From a virus (lineage: Duplodnaviria > Caudoviricetes), in the IMG/VR virus record IMGVR_UViG_3300005662_000090, positions 1-39,287 of that record: DNA of 39,287 bases; one strand, written 5' to 3'. Positions 8,401 to 18,296 of the stretch are shown here, piece by piece. Under the pieces are notes generated by a model. That model was not told the origin of the DNA. It made no database searches and saw only the letters and a list, made by a program, of their open reading frames with translations. Made by a program: the position numbers and the translations under genes. Position 1 is the first letter of the stretch, and each line of letters starts with the position of its first letter.

Positions 8401-9095
8401 ATTCTTCTGTTGATTATAGAGGAATGATTGTTGATAATTCATTTACAAGTCCATACTATACTGGAACTAACACTGCTTTATTATCTGATAATACTTCTGC
8501 TGATAATAAGTGGGTATTTACCAGAAATAAGAATCAAACTGTTCAGCTAACAATTCCTACGACTTATGGACAGTTAGGATTTCAAAACACTAGAGAAATA
8601 CCATTTACCACTCAAAGCTGGGACACTAGCTATCTTCTTACTGTTGGTAATTTTACATATCCTCCTGCGCCTGTCGTCTTAGCTCCAGGAGAAGAGCATA
8701 AATGCAGCATTAGATTTTATGAAGAAAATGCTAGTGCGGTATATTTTGTTCATTCAGAGACTACTGATAAAATTAAATATCAATGGTCAATACCATTAAA
8801 TGGAATTGTTCCGCTTGGAGCTAGAATTTTATTGATTGACACTACTCTTACTATTACTTCTTCTTCGCCTACAATCAAAACAGCAACTTTATCTTTTAAT
8901 TCAAATAGTATTTTGACTCAATCTACATTGGACCCCATAAGTACGTCTGCAACTCAATTGTCCATTAGCATACCTAATGGTCGGCTTGTATCATCGGATT
9001 GTAATAGTATATGGCTAGATATTGAAATTGAATATGGTTCTTCTGGAACATTTGCTATTCTTGCAAATGCTATGAATGTCAAATATATTTTTTAA
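5487..9095 (+). CDS. Tailspike/fibre-like protein with right-handed beta-helix (pectate-lyase-like) domains
   Basis: N-terminal HKASDI...TVQSALEQ fibre motif; beta-helix cap TLKDAIYAA...GGGTILLLPGTYEV...IPNGISLIG; many IxNN / xxNCxF rungs. Confidence 0.75.
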   Translation: MTKFVGSSRVREGGRPVTHYQDFIAHTGATDWRHKASDIDMEPLVYGSTVQSALEQVKSIIENAGTGFISIGKLNNVPGVYNADDPATPTLKDAIYAAILDSRLTGGGTILLLPGTYEVTETIDIPNGISLIGDMAGTYIVSHLSTDNYIFNILTSSSNFSIGGDSGFGNQTVLKPSGTFQTRFENLIITDNSDGSVNSGNATLSGSTKSMVYLERGANVEFNKVTFIGRLNNGPVLNRIKTNQIISCQATGFTRATSVAFNNCYIDSVVRLGDFSPAIGDTDFLSVKNCKIRFYGEEVGSSNKELIKSTLANIEIENNYIQGAGSDAGTILNVLSTSVSSSTNCSIKISGNSGYSVVSTALGGSKLYDYNYGSSVRIITSSNSWGSHRLGNTLWSIVLGMDEGDVVGSAALDFVFSCYNSDESTLPTIILNPGLYNVTVNSGGFYSFKLEGNQLGRYYPIINLNLGTGTLDYFNNRYVVLGNSLKNIYFKSTDNFCSVHLTPGGPSTSDGSAENITVDNCIFINTNLFIDPANSSFISDGQEGFYPFNGAYISKCTFYQDSTFPANWSFYAPPLDNIVLSDSRFMGAGYAINHREITSGPFKNDYFSFSFSQRKFTVNNCGFFRLDQVDNLPSVGNPYYMDISPGYGLVHFSNSTISWYDQNYDEFNLSLNIEKFIYILADYVSVDNCYFEFPDLFYTNSIKYPVPGLCIENNSGRTSLNINNNWFAYGLFPLKIFGTTVANQNTFYEINNNKFLRNSSSSFYSPFTVVDVEIEGNTSGFELPNVVNFNNNIIEQQPYPGKDGYQVEHFQFTNSSIYSTGAVVQIYASACVVNVLNNKIIAEVIEPADHSLTHFSGIYVNTRKNNSGDVNKFNYVNACNNYIYLEAGTFDLASASRYCSVLHLNSSYVTVKDNYLNFNNQSSSATLGFKGCLVIEGSKYNQGDSIVSGNIFDRRDETSTLRSLLGGYILIDSSVDYRGMIVDNSFTSPYYTGTNTALLSDNTSADNKWVFTRNKNQTVQLTIPTTYGQLGFQNTREIPFTTQSWDTSYLLTVGNFTYPPAPVVLAPGEEHKCSIRFYEENASAVYFVHSETTDKIKYQWSIPLNGIVPLGARILLIDTTLTITSSSPTIKTATLSFNSNSILTQSTLDPISTSATQLSISIPNGRLVSSDCNSIWLDIEIEYGSSGTFAILANAMNVKYIF

Positions 9096-9105
9096 AAGGA
9101 TTTTT

Positions 9106-9513
9106 ATGGATGAATTTATTTCTTCTCTCACTAGTTTGTTTGGACCTGCATTTTTAGTTCTTTGTGTTGTTATTTACTTCTTGGTAGAAATTCAAAGAAG
9201 AATTTTAAAATTATTTTTTTCTAAATTCATTCCTTCTGTTCTTAAAGATGGGACTACTTTAAATAAAATTTGGAAAGACATTGTTTCTCCTTCCGCTGCT
9301 CCTGGCACAGGTATGTTATTTGCTTGGCTAGTTACTTCTTATCCTTATCCTGAAATCTTTACTACTTCTACGCCTAATAGAATTGCTTGGGGTATATTCA
9401 CTGGATTCTTTAGCGAATATGTTTATAGAATTGCTAAACAAATATTTTCAGGATATATGGTTAGCCTTTCAGAAAAATATGGCAAAAAGAATAAAGATAA
9501 AGAAAAAGAATAA
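9106..9513 (+). CDS. Holin-like small membrane protein
   Basis: About three hydrophobic segments and a highly charged C-terminus (KYGKKNKDKEKE). AAGGA at 9096-9100 supports ATG 9106 over 9076. Confidence 0.5.
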   Translation: MDEFISSLTSLFGPAFLVLCVVIYFLVEIQRRILKLFFSKFIPSVLKDGTTLNKIWKDIVSPSAAPGTGMLFAWLVTSYPYPEIFTTSTPNRIAWGIFTGFFSEYVYRIAKQIFSGYMVSLSEKYGKKNKDKEKE

Positions 9514-9603
9514 TTATTAAGTTAAATCATTAAATCTAATTCTGTAAGAACCTAATATTTAGATATATAGATGCTAAATATTTTAAATAAGTCTAGGAAA
9601 TAA

Positions 9604-12600
9604 ATGAGCGTTTATCCTTTTGAGTTAGATGATGATACTACACTTCCCCGTGTAGATGATAATATTACAGAGACGGGTCAAGAAGCAATTAATGCTTTGC
9701 GCGATGCGGTTTTTAGCGTTCAAGAGACTTTAGGAGTTGAGCCCCAAGGCTCTGTAACTTCCGTAGCTAATAGATTAGATACATCTTTGAATTCAGATGG
9801 CACTATTAAAGCAAGTGCTTTAACATCAATTGGTTTAGTTACCTTACCAATTACGAATGCTCAAGTAGCTTCTAATGCTGGTATCTTAGAGTCAAAATTA
9901 CAATTAAATCATTCTACTACTGATTTATATACTTTAATTGTTGCATCTAATTCTTTATTAAATTCAGTAGCGCTTTTAGCAAATAATACTTTTAATGATT
10001 TTACATTCCATCGTGTTGGAGCCAGTCTCTTATCAGATGGTTTAACTTCCGCAAGGCACGTACTTAGCCACATTGATTTAAACTCGGTCCCATTTGACAG
10101 CAGAGATCTTTCTTATGTGTGGACCGGACTAAAAGATAAAGATGGAAATTTAAGAACAGCAGTTACTGCAGCCCAAGGTTTATTACAAGTCAATGACGCT
10201 TTGACAGATCACGAAAATGCGACTTCATTGGCTCATCCTGCCTCGGCAATATTTGTAGATACGGATGCATTTACTGAAATACCATTAACTGCAACGGATG
10301 CTCAATCTGTATTTAATTATTTAGATCAATCAGAAATTTTAAATATGGGTCAACACAGAGCGACCCAACATGCAAATGCCATCCCTAGAATTTCTAGATC
10401 TAATAGGATTGATTTGGATGGATATGGTCATAATGTAATTCCCTCAACTACTTGTTACGCTTATTTGCTTTATCCTTCTAGCTCCGTTCCGGTAGACGAT
10501 CTATCTATTGGAGATGATGTAATTAAATTTGTTTCTGATAATTCTAATTATTCATTTGATGCCGCTTTCTCTCAAGTTAAAGTTGGCGACATAATTAGAG
10601 TAAATTATGGCAATGGGCTTGAAGCAAGTTACCCAATAGAATCTATTAGATTTACTCCTGGCTCAGATTGGAGCGTTAGAATTAATGGTGTAAATCTATG
10701 CAATGCAACAGATGGTTATGCAATAGCTAGAGTTGATAGAGCATTATATGATGTTGATACTGCTGGAATTTTTTCTACCGCAGCCGCAAATGCCAGATAC
10801 AATAACTCTCCTACAGCTACTTCGACGTTATCAAGCGTAATTGTTTCAGACCCTCGTGGTGCAATGGCTTTAGGGTTAGGATTTGATCCTAATCAAATTA
10901 ATTCTACTCATTATAATTTATATTTACAGTTTTATCCAAATGGCAATCCCGAAGATAAGGTAATTAATTTACCAGCCATTGACGTTAGTGGAAACTCGGG
11001 AGCAACGCCTGGAAAATATACTTTAAATTCAGTTGTATCAACTGTAAATGATAAATTTAGAGAATATGGTTACAATTATAGATTTATTGCATTTGAACAC
11101 AATGGCGAATTTGGATTAATGTTAGCTGATTCTATTAATCAGGCTTCTTTCTCTGTTATTAATGGAGATAATTCTTCTGGATCGCTTACTGTTGGCGTTT
11201 ATGCAAATAATGTCGTCGGTATTAATTCAGATACTTTTGATGCCTTAGGTTTCGGAAAAATGGGAGCAAACATTGCTTCTCCAGCCTATTTGAATTCTTG
11301 GTCAAGTTCCAATGCTGCATTGTTGCCTACAAAAGTAATTAGACCGCTCAAAAGAAGATATGCAATTATAAACGGTGCTAAGTTAGATAAATTCCAAGAT
11401 ATGTACTTGGCGACGGATGGTTATTGGGATGGATACATCTCTAATAGAATTGTATTTCCTAGCACGGTAGAAACAACATATACAGTTCTTGCTAACTTGG
11501 CACCATCTGGTATCAGGGCTGGTAAAACTCTAGTAATTCAACCTACGGTTGATTTTAATAATATATTATATAATGACGCTGATTATGGAAGATTTATTAT
11601 TAAATCTGTTAATTTTATAGGCTGCGGAGGCTCTCCTTCGTATACAGAAATTACTGTATTAAATTCTATTGCATATACGGGTATTTCAGTTGCACCTTCT
11701 GCCAGTCCAACTTTACCTGTAAAACTATATTTTTCATATGACTCTGTAGATTTTAATTCTCAAAATTTAATTGATAATATTCCAACCACTGCTGATTATA
11801 AAAGATTTCATGAAGTATATATTACTGATGCAGGAAAGACATTCTCTCATGAAAGATTAAGAATGCCAATTCAGGCTGAAACTTCGACTTTATTAAATAC
11901 TAGTAATTTTCATGTTTTAGAAGTTTCTTCTAAACTTAAAGGATATACAGATAATAGTACTTTATTTACGAATCAATATTTAAGATTTTATGTGTTAAAT
12001 TATGATTCTGTTACGGGCGAATTTGACGGGTATTTAGGCAGAAGAAATCCATTAGATTACAACGTTTATGATACTGGTCAAATTGTTTCGGGTAAGAAAA
12101 ATTTTGTTACCAGGTTCTATGACGAAACAAATATTGATTATGTAGATGTTTTATTTGCAGATCAATCTGCAAGCCCCGGACTAGAAGTAATGACTTCATC
12201 CAGTCCAAGATACGTAGATTTAGAAATTTTTTCATCTTTAAGATTGGATGATGAATTATTTTTACTATCCAGCTGTGAAGTAAACTGGGATGCAATTTCC
12301 GGCGAAAACATAGTTCAATATGTTTCAGATCGCAGACAGTTTGGGTCTATAGATGAAACTGATTTTACAGATTCTGCTAAAGATTATATTTCTGCCGCTG
12401 ATAAATATTTGCATGACAATGGAGTCATTCGTGGTTTAGAATATGTTTCTGATTTGGGCATCGGTCAGCTTAGATTTAGTGGCGGCGCAGCTATTGTTAA
12501 TGGAAGGGTAGTCGCTGCAAATAATCAAATCGTAACAATTCCTCAGGTTTATGAGTTTGGAGATTCTACTCCAGCGACTTTAGATTGGGCAGTTTGTTTA

Positions 12601-14928
12601 CAGCCGGATGGAAACTTAGTACCAATAGTTTTGACTTCAACTAAGCAAAAATTCTTTGCAACAAATGGAGTCACTAATTATGAAATATTATCTGCTACAT
12701 TTACTGAGATTATTAATCAAAGAAAAGATCTATGTTTAATTTACATAGCAAATGTAACAATTGCATCTATTACTGTAAATAGTGTTTCTGATGCTAGAAA
12801 ATTTGTAGAAGGAACAGATTCTGCAGCTCCATTAGTTTGGTCTAGTGGTCAAAAATATTTAGGAAATTTTTATTCTTCAGAGCCCTTGAAGACATGGATT
12901 AATTATTCTAATAATATAAATAATATTGTTAAATTAAAGGGAGATATTGTAATAAATAATTCGTTAGATTTAACTGGATTTAATAAAACAGTTATATTCG
13001 ATGGAGCTAGTGCTGATGTTTATGTTAATACTTCTGGTTCCGGCAACGGTATTTTAATAGGAAGTAACTGTCATTTTGAAAATTGGAATGTATATTATAC
13101 TCCTTCTGGATTATCAGCGCCTAGTAATATTATTGATGTTGATTATTTGACCGGATGTTTTTTAGCTTCATCGAATGATTATTCAAATATTAGATTTACA
13201 AATTGCAAATTTACATCAAAAGACGTAGAGTTTCATCCTCCATTTATTAATATTATGTTTGATAGAAATCAAACAGTAGAGAATGTTATTATTGAAAATA
13301 ATACATTTGATGCAGACTCCGGCTCCCCAACAAATGCAAGTTATCAAGTTGCCGTTCAGGTTGGAATGACAGATGATAGCGGTTCTACTGTAGCTTCTTC
13401 GGTTAAGAATTTAATTATTAAAAATAATTATAGCAGAAAGCTTCATGGAATTCTAGTGACAAGAGCCGTAAGTGATTCCGTTAGCGGGTATCGATTGCAA
13501 GGCATTATTGAGGGAAATACTTGCGGATATATCGGATATTACTTTGGAGCTTCCGACGCAGTTTCTACTAGATTTCCTTATGGTTTAATTATTAAAAATA
13601 ATTTTACTAAATTTATAGGAACTTTAAAAGGTTATACTTCTATTATAGATGATGTAACAGTTCCTAAAATTGGTAATGTCATTATAGAAAACAATAGTGT
13701 TAGTTGGGTTCGCTCTCAAATGGCGGATTCAACAACAGGATTAAGCAGCACTATTGCAATAAAAAATAATAATTTTACTGCAGACGATTCTGCATTTCTA
13801 GATGTTTTATTAGGATCTGGAGTCGGTCAGTATAATAACATTGCTCTTTATGTTAATTATTTTACTGATGATGTAACGGCTAGTGAGGCTACTGTTGGAA
13901 GAGCCGTTATTGATAAAAATAACTTCTTAGAGAGTGAGCTTCAGCCTTCTCTTTTAACTCCTTTATATTATGATTGTATCATGAGGGTAGGAGCTAATGC
14001 AGATATAACGAATAATTATATGAGACCTATTACAGGTACTGGGTTAATAGATCAATCTGGTGGACCTTATTTAGGTCAACATATGGTGTGGTGCCAAGCT
14101 CCTACAAGCGAAGGAGAATTCTACTACAAGATTCAAGGAAACGATTTCTGTGCCCTTTCTACCAGAAATTATGGATATGTAAGGGTTGATGTGTCTGGTC
14201 CTAAAGGCATTATTTCAAACAATGTTTTTCATGACCCATTTTTAAATTATTCTACTTATAATATTGATTATGCATATTATGGTCCTCCTCTAGGCTATGC
14301 AGATATAGGCGGCGTGGAAAATTATGAAAATTGGATCATTACTGATAACGTTGGTCAAGATGGACAAGTTTATGTTTATCCAGATACAGGGATAATTTCA
14401 GCATGTGATTATACTTTACCAGGAACTGGAAATATTTATACAATTCCAGGTGGTAGATTCTGGGATAGCACTAATCCGTCTTCTTCGGAAATTGTTATTC
14501 CAGAGCGTTCCGCATCTGTTACGGATGGCATTTTACAATTCTCTTATGATTCTGCAGGGGCAGCTAATCCATTGTTCTTTACATGGAGAATTGATGTATC
14601 GTCAATAGTGCCTAAAAACGTTAATATCTATCAAATTGTACTAGGATATTATTTAGAAAGCGGAACAAATCCAGCTACCACCAGAGAAATAAAACTAAGA
14701 TACTTTGGTCATCTTGCTGGTGATGAAACCGCTAATACAACGGGTAATTGGACCGCAGCAGTTCAAACTTTAACTTTAAATGTTACTAATGGTAGAATTA
14801 GGAATTGGGTTAGCGGCAGTCCTGCAGCAGGTCATTTAGAATTAAAAGTTACCTGTAAAGGAGCATCTGCTGCAACCTTAGCAATATCATATCTACTTAT
14901 TAAATATAAATTTCAACAAATAACCTAA
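9604..14928 (+). CDS. Large virion fibre/appendage protein (1774 aa) with a C-terminal beta-helix
   Basis: N-terminal YPxxLD...INALRDAVFSVQETLGVEP attachment-like segment; HPASAI...DAQSVF motif shared with ORF 5487; about the last third has IIENN, IIKNN and ISNN beta-helix rungs. Confidence 0.65.
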   Translation: MSVYPFELDDDTTLPRVDDNITETGQEAINALRDAVFSVQETLGVEPQGSVTSVANRLDTSLNSDGTIKASALTSIGLVTLPITNAQVASNAGILESKLQLNHSTTDLYTLIVASNSLLNSVALLANNTFNDFTFHRVGASLLSDGLTSARHVLSHIDLNSVPFDSRDLSYVWTGLKDKDGNLRTAVTAAQGLLQVNDALTDHENATSLAHPASAIFVDTDAFTEIPLTATDAQSVFNYLDQSEILNMGQHRATQHANAIPRISRSNRIDLDGYGHNVIPSTTCYAYLLYPSSSVPVDDLSIGDDVIKFVSDNSNYSFDAAFSQVKVGDIIRVNYGNGLEASYPIESIRFTPGSDWSVRINGVNLCNATDGYAIARVDRALYDVDTAGIFSTAAANARYNNSPTATSTLSSVIVSDPRGAMALGLGFDPNQINSTHYNLYLQFYPNGNPEDKVINLPAIDVSGNSGATPGKYTLNSVVSTVNDKFREYGYNYRFIAFEHNGEFGLMLADSINQASFSVINGDNSSGSLTVGVYANNVVGINSDTFDALGFGKMGANIASPAYLNSWSSSNAALLPTKVIRPLKRRYAIINGAKLDKFQDMYLATDGYWDGYISNRIVFPSTVETTYTVLANLAPSGIRAGKTLVIQPTVDFNNILYNDADYGRFIIKSVNFIGCGGSPSYTEITVLNSIAYTGISVAPSASPTLPVKLYFSYDSVDFNSQNLIDNIPTTADYKRFHEVYITDAGKTFSHERLRMPIQAETSTLLNTSNFHVLEVSSKLKGYTDNSTLFTNQYLRFYVLNYDSVTGEFDGYLGRRNPLDYNVYDTGQIVSGKKNFVTRFYDETNIDYVDVLFADQSASPGLEVMTSSSPRYVDLEIFSSLRLDDELFLLSSCEVNWDAISGENIVQYVSDRRQFGSIDETDFTDSAKDYISAADKYLHDNGVIRGLEYVSDLGIGQLRFSGGAAIVNGRVVAANNQIVTIPQVYEFGDSTPATLDWAVCLQPDGNLVPIVLTSTKQKFFATNGVTNYEILSATFTEIINQRKDLCLIYIANVTIASITVNSVSDARKFVEGTDSAAPLVWSSGQKYLGNFYSSEPLKTWINYSNNINNIVKLKGDIVINNSLDLTGFNKTVIFDGASADVYVNTSGSGNGILIGSNCHFENWNVYYTPSGLSAPSNIIDVDYLTGCFLASSNDYSNIRFTNCKFTSKDVEFHPPFINIMFDRNQTVENVIIENNTFDADSGSPTNASYQVAVQVGMTDDSGSTVASSVKNLIIKNNYSRKLHGILVTRAVSDSVSGYRLQGIIEGNTCGYIGYYFGASDAVSTRFPYGLIIKNNFTKFIGTLKGYTSIIDDVTVPKIGNVIIENNSVSWVRSQMADSTTGLSSTIAIKNNNFTADDSAFLDVLLGSGVGQYNNIALYVNYFTDDVTASEATVGRAVIDKNNFLESELQPSLLTPLYYDCIMRVGANADITNNYMRPITGTGLIDQSGGPYLGQHMVWCQAPTSEGEFYYKIQGNDFCALSTRNYGYVRVDVSGPKGIISNNVFHDPFLNYSTYNIDYAYYGPPLGYADIGGVENYENWIITDNVGQDGQVYVYPDTGIISACDYTLPGTGNIYTIPGGRFWDSTNPSSSEIVIPERSASVTDGILQFSYDSAGAANPLFFTWRIDVSSIVPKNVNIYQIVLGYYLESGTNPATTREIKLRYFGHLAGDETANTTGNWTAAVQTLTLNVTNGRIRNWVSGSPAAGHLELKVTCKGASAATLAISYLLIKYKFQQIT

Positions 14929-14935
14929 ATTAGTC

Positions 14936-14949
14936 AATAATATCCTATA
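14936..14949 (+). promoter_or_regulatory. Candidate phage promoter motif (AATAATATCCTATA)
   Basis: Same consensus; ends 8 nt before ATG 14958. Confidence 0.38.
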
Positions 14950-14957
14950 AATTTAGG

Positions 14958-15749
14958 ATGGGCGCAGGATTTTTAACAAAATCAGATTTATATAATCTGC
15001 ATAATTATACGCAAAATTCTGGGCATGCCTATGTTAAAGAGTTTGTTATTGATTCATTAAGAGAATACTTTAGCCAAGATTCTTATTATCGTTATGTTAG
15101 AGATGCTTGGGGATTTCCCTTAACGCCCTCTCAGGAGAATTTATCTGCAGATGCAGGTATAAATGACTCTACTACTACTCGTCTTTTTATTGGCGAATTT
15201 ACTAGACAACATGCTCAGTTTTTTCCGGCAATTTTAATTAAGTCTGGAGGATATCGTTCTGTTCCAATTGCCATGAATAGAAATAAATTTTCCGTTCAAT
15301 ATGACCCAATTAAATATTTTGACGGTTATGGCAATGAAACAATTGTTCACTCCCCTGTAGCTGTGCTTCAAAATGGAGCTTGGGAAGGTCAAATTACCGT
15401 AGACTTAATGGCAAGATCAAATAGAGCAAGAAATGAGCTGTCCGATCTTTGTATGATTTTTTTTACAGATTATCACTTTGAAAGTTTTTACAAGGCAGGA
15501 ATAGTAATAAAATCTGCTTCTTTAGGTGGTGATTCTGAATCGGATGATCGAAATGATAAATTGTATAAAGCGACAATTACATTAGAAGTTAGATCAGAAT
15601 GGGAACGATCTATTCCTATTTTAGGAGCCTTGGATGCAATCAATATTTGCGCAGATATTGTGAATACAAATAATCCAAATGCTATCCCCTCACCTAATCT
15701 TACTATAGAAACTACACTTGAATTAAATGATCAGCTACTAAATATGTAA
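14958..15749 (+). CDS. Putative tail terminator / tail completion protein
   Basis: Immediately upstream of the sheath; FPAILIK...ITVDLMARSNRARNELSD...YKATITLEVRSEW resembles the lambda gpU / T4 gp15-type pattern. Confidence 0.55.
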   Translation: MGAGFLTKSDLYNLHNYTQNSGHAYVKEFVIDSLREYFSQDSYYRYVRDAWGFPLTPSQENLSADAGINDSTTTRLFIGEFTRQHAQFFPAILIKSGGYRSVPIAMNRNKFSVQYDPIKYFDGYGNETIVHSPVAVLQNGAWEGQITVDLMARSNRARNELSDLCMIFFTDYHFESFYKAGIVIKSASLGGDSESDDRNDKLYKATITLEVRSEWERSIPILGALDAINICADIVNTNNPNAIPSPNLTIETTLELNDQLLNM

Positions 15750-15777
15750 ATAATAAAACATAGTAATGTAATAAAGT

Positions 15778-15791
15778 AATATTTCAATATA
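15778..15791 (+). promoter_or_regulatory. Candidate phage promoter motif (AATATTTCAATATA)
   Basis: Same consensus; upstream of the sheath gene and its SD. Confidence 0.38.
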
Positions 15792-15823
15792 TATAATAGA
15801 AATTTTTCTTTAAAGGAATTTAG

Positions 15824-18265
15824 ATGCCAAGCTTTCCCGGTTCACAAAATGCAGCCCCTGGAGTTTATACAGATGTAGTTACCGTTTCACGAGGAGCTAA
15901 CGTTCCTGGTGGAGTGAGAACAGCTGTTCTAATGGGAGAAGGTTTAAAAACAGAAAGAATTGTTGCCTCAGCAGTAGGTGGCGGTTCTGATGGTTTTAAT
16001 TCTACATATTCTGGAACAAACGGTTCAGATGGTCGCCACTTCTTGCTTTCCGGCGCACCATTAATTTCAAACCGTTTAACCTTATATAAGAACGGTATCC
16101 CATTAAATGGATTTGAACAAGCCTTTAGTTCTACAAGCGGCTCTTTCAGTTCATTATATGACTACCGTGTAAACATTACTAACGGTAGAATTGAATTGCA
16201 AACTGCCTCCTTAGTAGACCAGGGCGGGTCCTTCTATGTAGCCTCCTCCTTAAATCAAGGAGATGGTAGCGTTGCTAATTTAACTCTTGTAGACTTAAAT
16301 GCTCCAACGGAGACTTGGACCGTTCGCTGCACTTCAACTCGTCGCGATGGTTATGGTAATCCAATTGATGGCTATGCTAAATTTATTGCCACTGGTTCCG
16401 TTTCAGGTACTTTGCGTGATGGCTATGGCAATAATGTTGTTTGGTCATCTGATGGTGTAGTAGTTTCAAATGGCATCTTAAGCTTCAGCTTGCTTGAAGG
16501 TGGAACCGCATTTAGAGAAGGCGACAAGTTTACAGTTAAAGTTAAAAGCGGAGCTTTGATTAAAGGCGATAGTTTAACAGCTACTTATATTTCTCAATTA
16601 GATATTAACGATCCTCAATTCTTTACTGATGCAAATACCTTTGCTGCAAAGCATGGTTTTCCCAGCATGAGTAATTATTTAGCCATTGGTGCTCAATTAG
16701 CTTTTGCTAACGGACCTCCAGGAATTTGGGCGGTTCAATGTGCTCCATCTATTCCACGTAGACGCTCTTATACTGTTGAGGTTTCGGCTTCAGGCTCCAC
16801 GGCTCTTGATGATCTTAAATTCTCTTTGCCGCTTGGAGTTATTCCAGATGCGGATTCTGGAATTAATTTCTTTGTAACAGATCCTGCAACAGAATCCGAA
16901 TCACAAATTATCCCTAATAAAGTTACTTTTTATACAGTAACTAATCCTAACACTTTCTGCTTTGGTCCAGATGAATATTCTTATACAGTAATTCTTGAAG
17001 ATGCTGTAACCAAGGAAGCAGACGATGGTGTCGTTACTTCAATTGGTCCAACTAGCGCAGAGTTCTCCAGCTTGTTTGTAACTTTCGACAGCAGTGATGT
17101 TGGTAAGACTCTTAAAATTTTAACACCAGCATTAAATGCCGGAGAGTATACCATCGTATCAGTTGCTGATGGCGTAGCAGTAATCAGTGATGGTGTAACA
17201 TCATTTACCAATACTACTGCAGCAGAATTTCAAGTAATTGATAACACTGCTCAAACAGCTGCAATTCTTCTCACTGACGACGTGGCTCTTTCAGCCGGTC
17301 AAAGTTTAAGAGTCACTGTTGTAGATACTAAAGATGCAGACTTCTTTGATGCTGGATGGTTAGCTGCACTTGAATCTCTTGAAAAAATTGATGTAACCAT
17401 GGTTGTTCCTCTTCCCTCGCAAACCATTTCTACCATTATGCAAAATGCTAAGAATCACTGCGAAACCATGTCTAACATCAAAAACAAGAAAGAAAGACTC
17501 TTGTTTACCGGCGCAATTAAAGGATTAACTCCGGAAAATCTCACTGGAACTGAAGATGCCGCAATAGAAGATATTGGCGTCCTTGAGGGTATTCAAGGAG
17601 ATGATGTGTCTGAAATTCTTGCAGGTAATATAGAGGACTTAACAAACTACAGTGTTCCCAATGCATATGGTAATTCATATCGTGTAGCTTACTTCTATCC
17701 AGATGAAATAGTCGTTCAGGTCGGATCAGAAAACGTATTGCTCGATGGTTTCTTTGTTGCAGCAGCTGCAGCAGCATATTTAAGCGGAGTACCTGCTTTG
17801 CAAGTTCCATTAACCAGAAAATCACTTTCCGGATTTACAATCTTGAGAGATAAACTCTTAAGACCCATTGTTCTTGAGAGCTTGTTATACGCTGGTGTTT
17901 CTGTTCTTCAACCAATTCCTGGCGGCGGAAAAGTTGTATGGGGTCGCACTACTACAACTTCCGGATTCCCAGAAGAAGAAGAGCTTTCAATCATTTTCTG
18001 CAGAGATCGTGTTGCACAATCTTTGAGAGCTGGTCTTGAGCCTTTCATTGGGGTAGCTGAAGATTCTACCTTGCAAGGATCTTTAATTACTAGAGTTCTC
18101 TCAATTCTTAAAGGCTTGAAAGGTCAGAAAGTTATTACTAACTTTAAAGATGTTAAAGTTACTCAAAACGAAACAGATGCACGCCAATGGGATGTTACCT
18201 GCCGTGTCAGACCTGCTTATCCTGTCAATTGGATTTATGTCCGTGTTGAAGTAGGCGATACTTGA
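15824..18265 (+). CDS. Contractile tail sheath protein
   Basis: N-terminal APGVYTDV; C-terminal VWGRTT...ELSIIFCRDRV...LEPFIG...DARQWDVTCRVRPAYPVNWIYV, which are sheath hallmarks; SD-like AAGGA upstream. Confidence 0.92.
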   Translation: MPSFPGSQNAAPGVYTDVVTVSRGANVPGGVRTAVLMGEGLKTERIVASAVGGGSDGFNSTYSGTNGSDGRHFLLSGAPLISNRLTLYKNGIPLNGFEQAFSSTSGSFSSLYDYRVNITNGRIELQTASLVDQGGSFYVASSLNQGDGSVANLTLVDLNAPTETWTVRCTSTRRDGYGNPIDGYAKFIATGSVSGTLRDGYGNNVVWSSDGVVVSNGILSFSLLEGGTAFREGDKFTVKVKSGALIKGDSLTATYISQLDINDPQFFTDANTFAAKHGFPSMSNYLAIGAQLAFANGPPGIWAVQCAPSIPRRRSYTVEVSASGSTALDDLKFSLPLGVIPDADSGINFFVTDPATESESQIIPNKVTFYTVTNPNTFCFGPDEYSYTVILEDAVTKEADDGVVTSIGPTSAEFSSLFVTFDSSDVGKTLKILTPALNAGEYTIVSVADGVAVISDGVTSFTNTTAAEFQVIDNTAQTAAILLTDDVALSAGQSLRVTVVDTKDADFFDAGWLAALESLEKIDVTMVVPLPSQTISTIMQNAKNHCETMSNIKNKKERLLFTGAIKGLTPENLTGTEDAAIEDIGVLEGIQGDDVSEILAGNIEDLTNYSVPNAYGNSYRVAYFYPDEIVVQVGSENVLLDGFFVAAAAAAYLSGVPALQVPLTRKSLSGFTILRDKLLRPIVLESLLYAGVSVLQPIPGGGKVVWGRTTTTSGFPEEEELSIIFCRDRVAQSLRAGLEPFIGVAEDSTLQGSLITRVLSILKGLKGQKVITNFKDVKVTQNETDARQWDVTCRVRPAYPVNWIYVRVEVGDT

Positions 18266-18296
18266 TATTAAATTTAAAATAAATTGGAGATAAATA

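Noticed and set aside
5487-14928. Diversity-generating retroelement acting on the fibre genes
   Set aside because: No reverse transcriptase and no near-identical template/variable repeat pair were seen. The similarity between the two fibre C-termini is distant and at protein level only.
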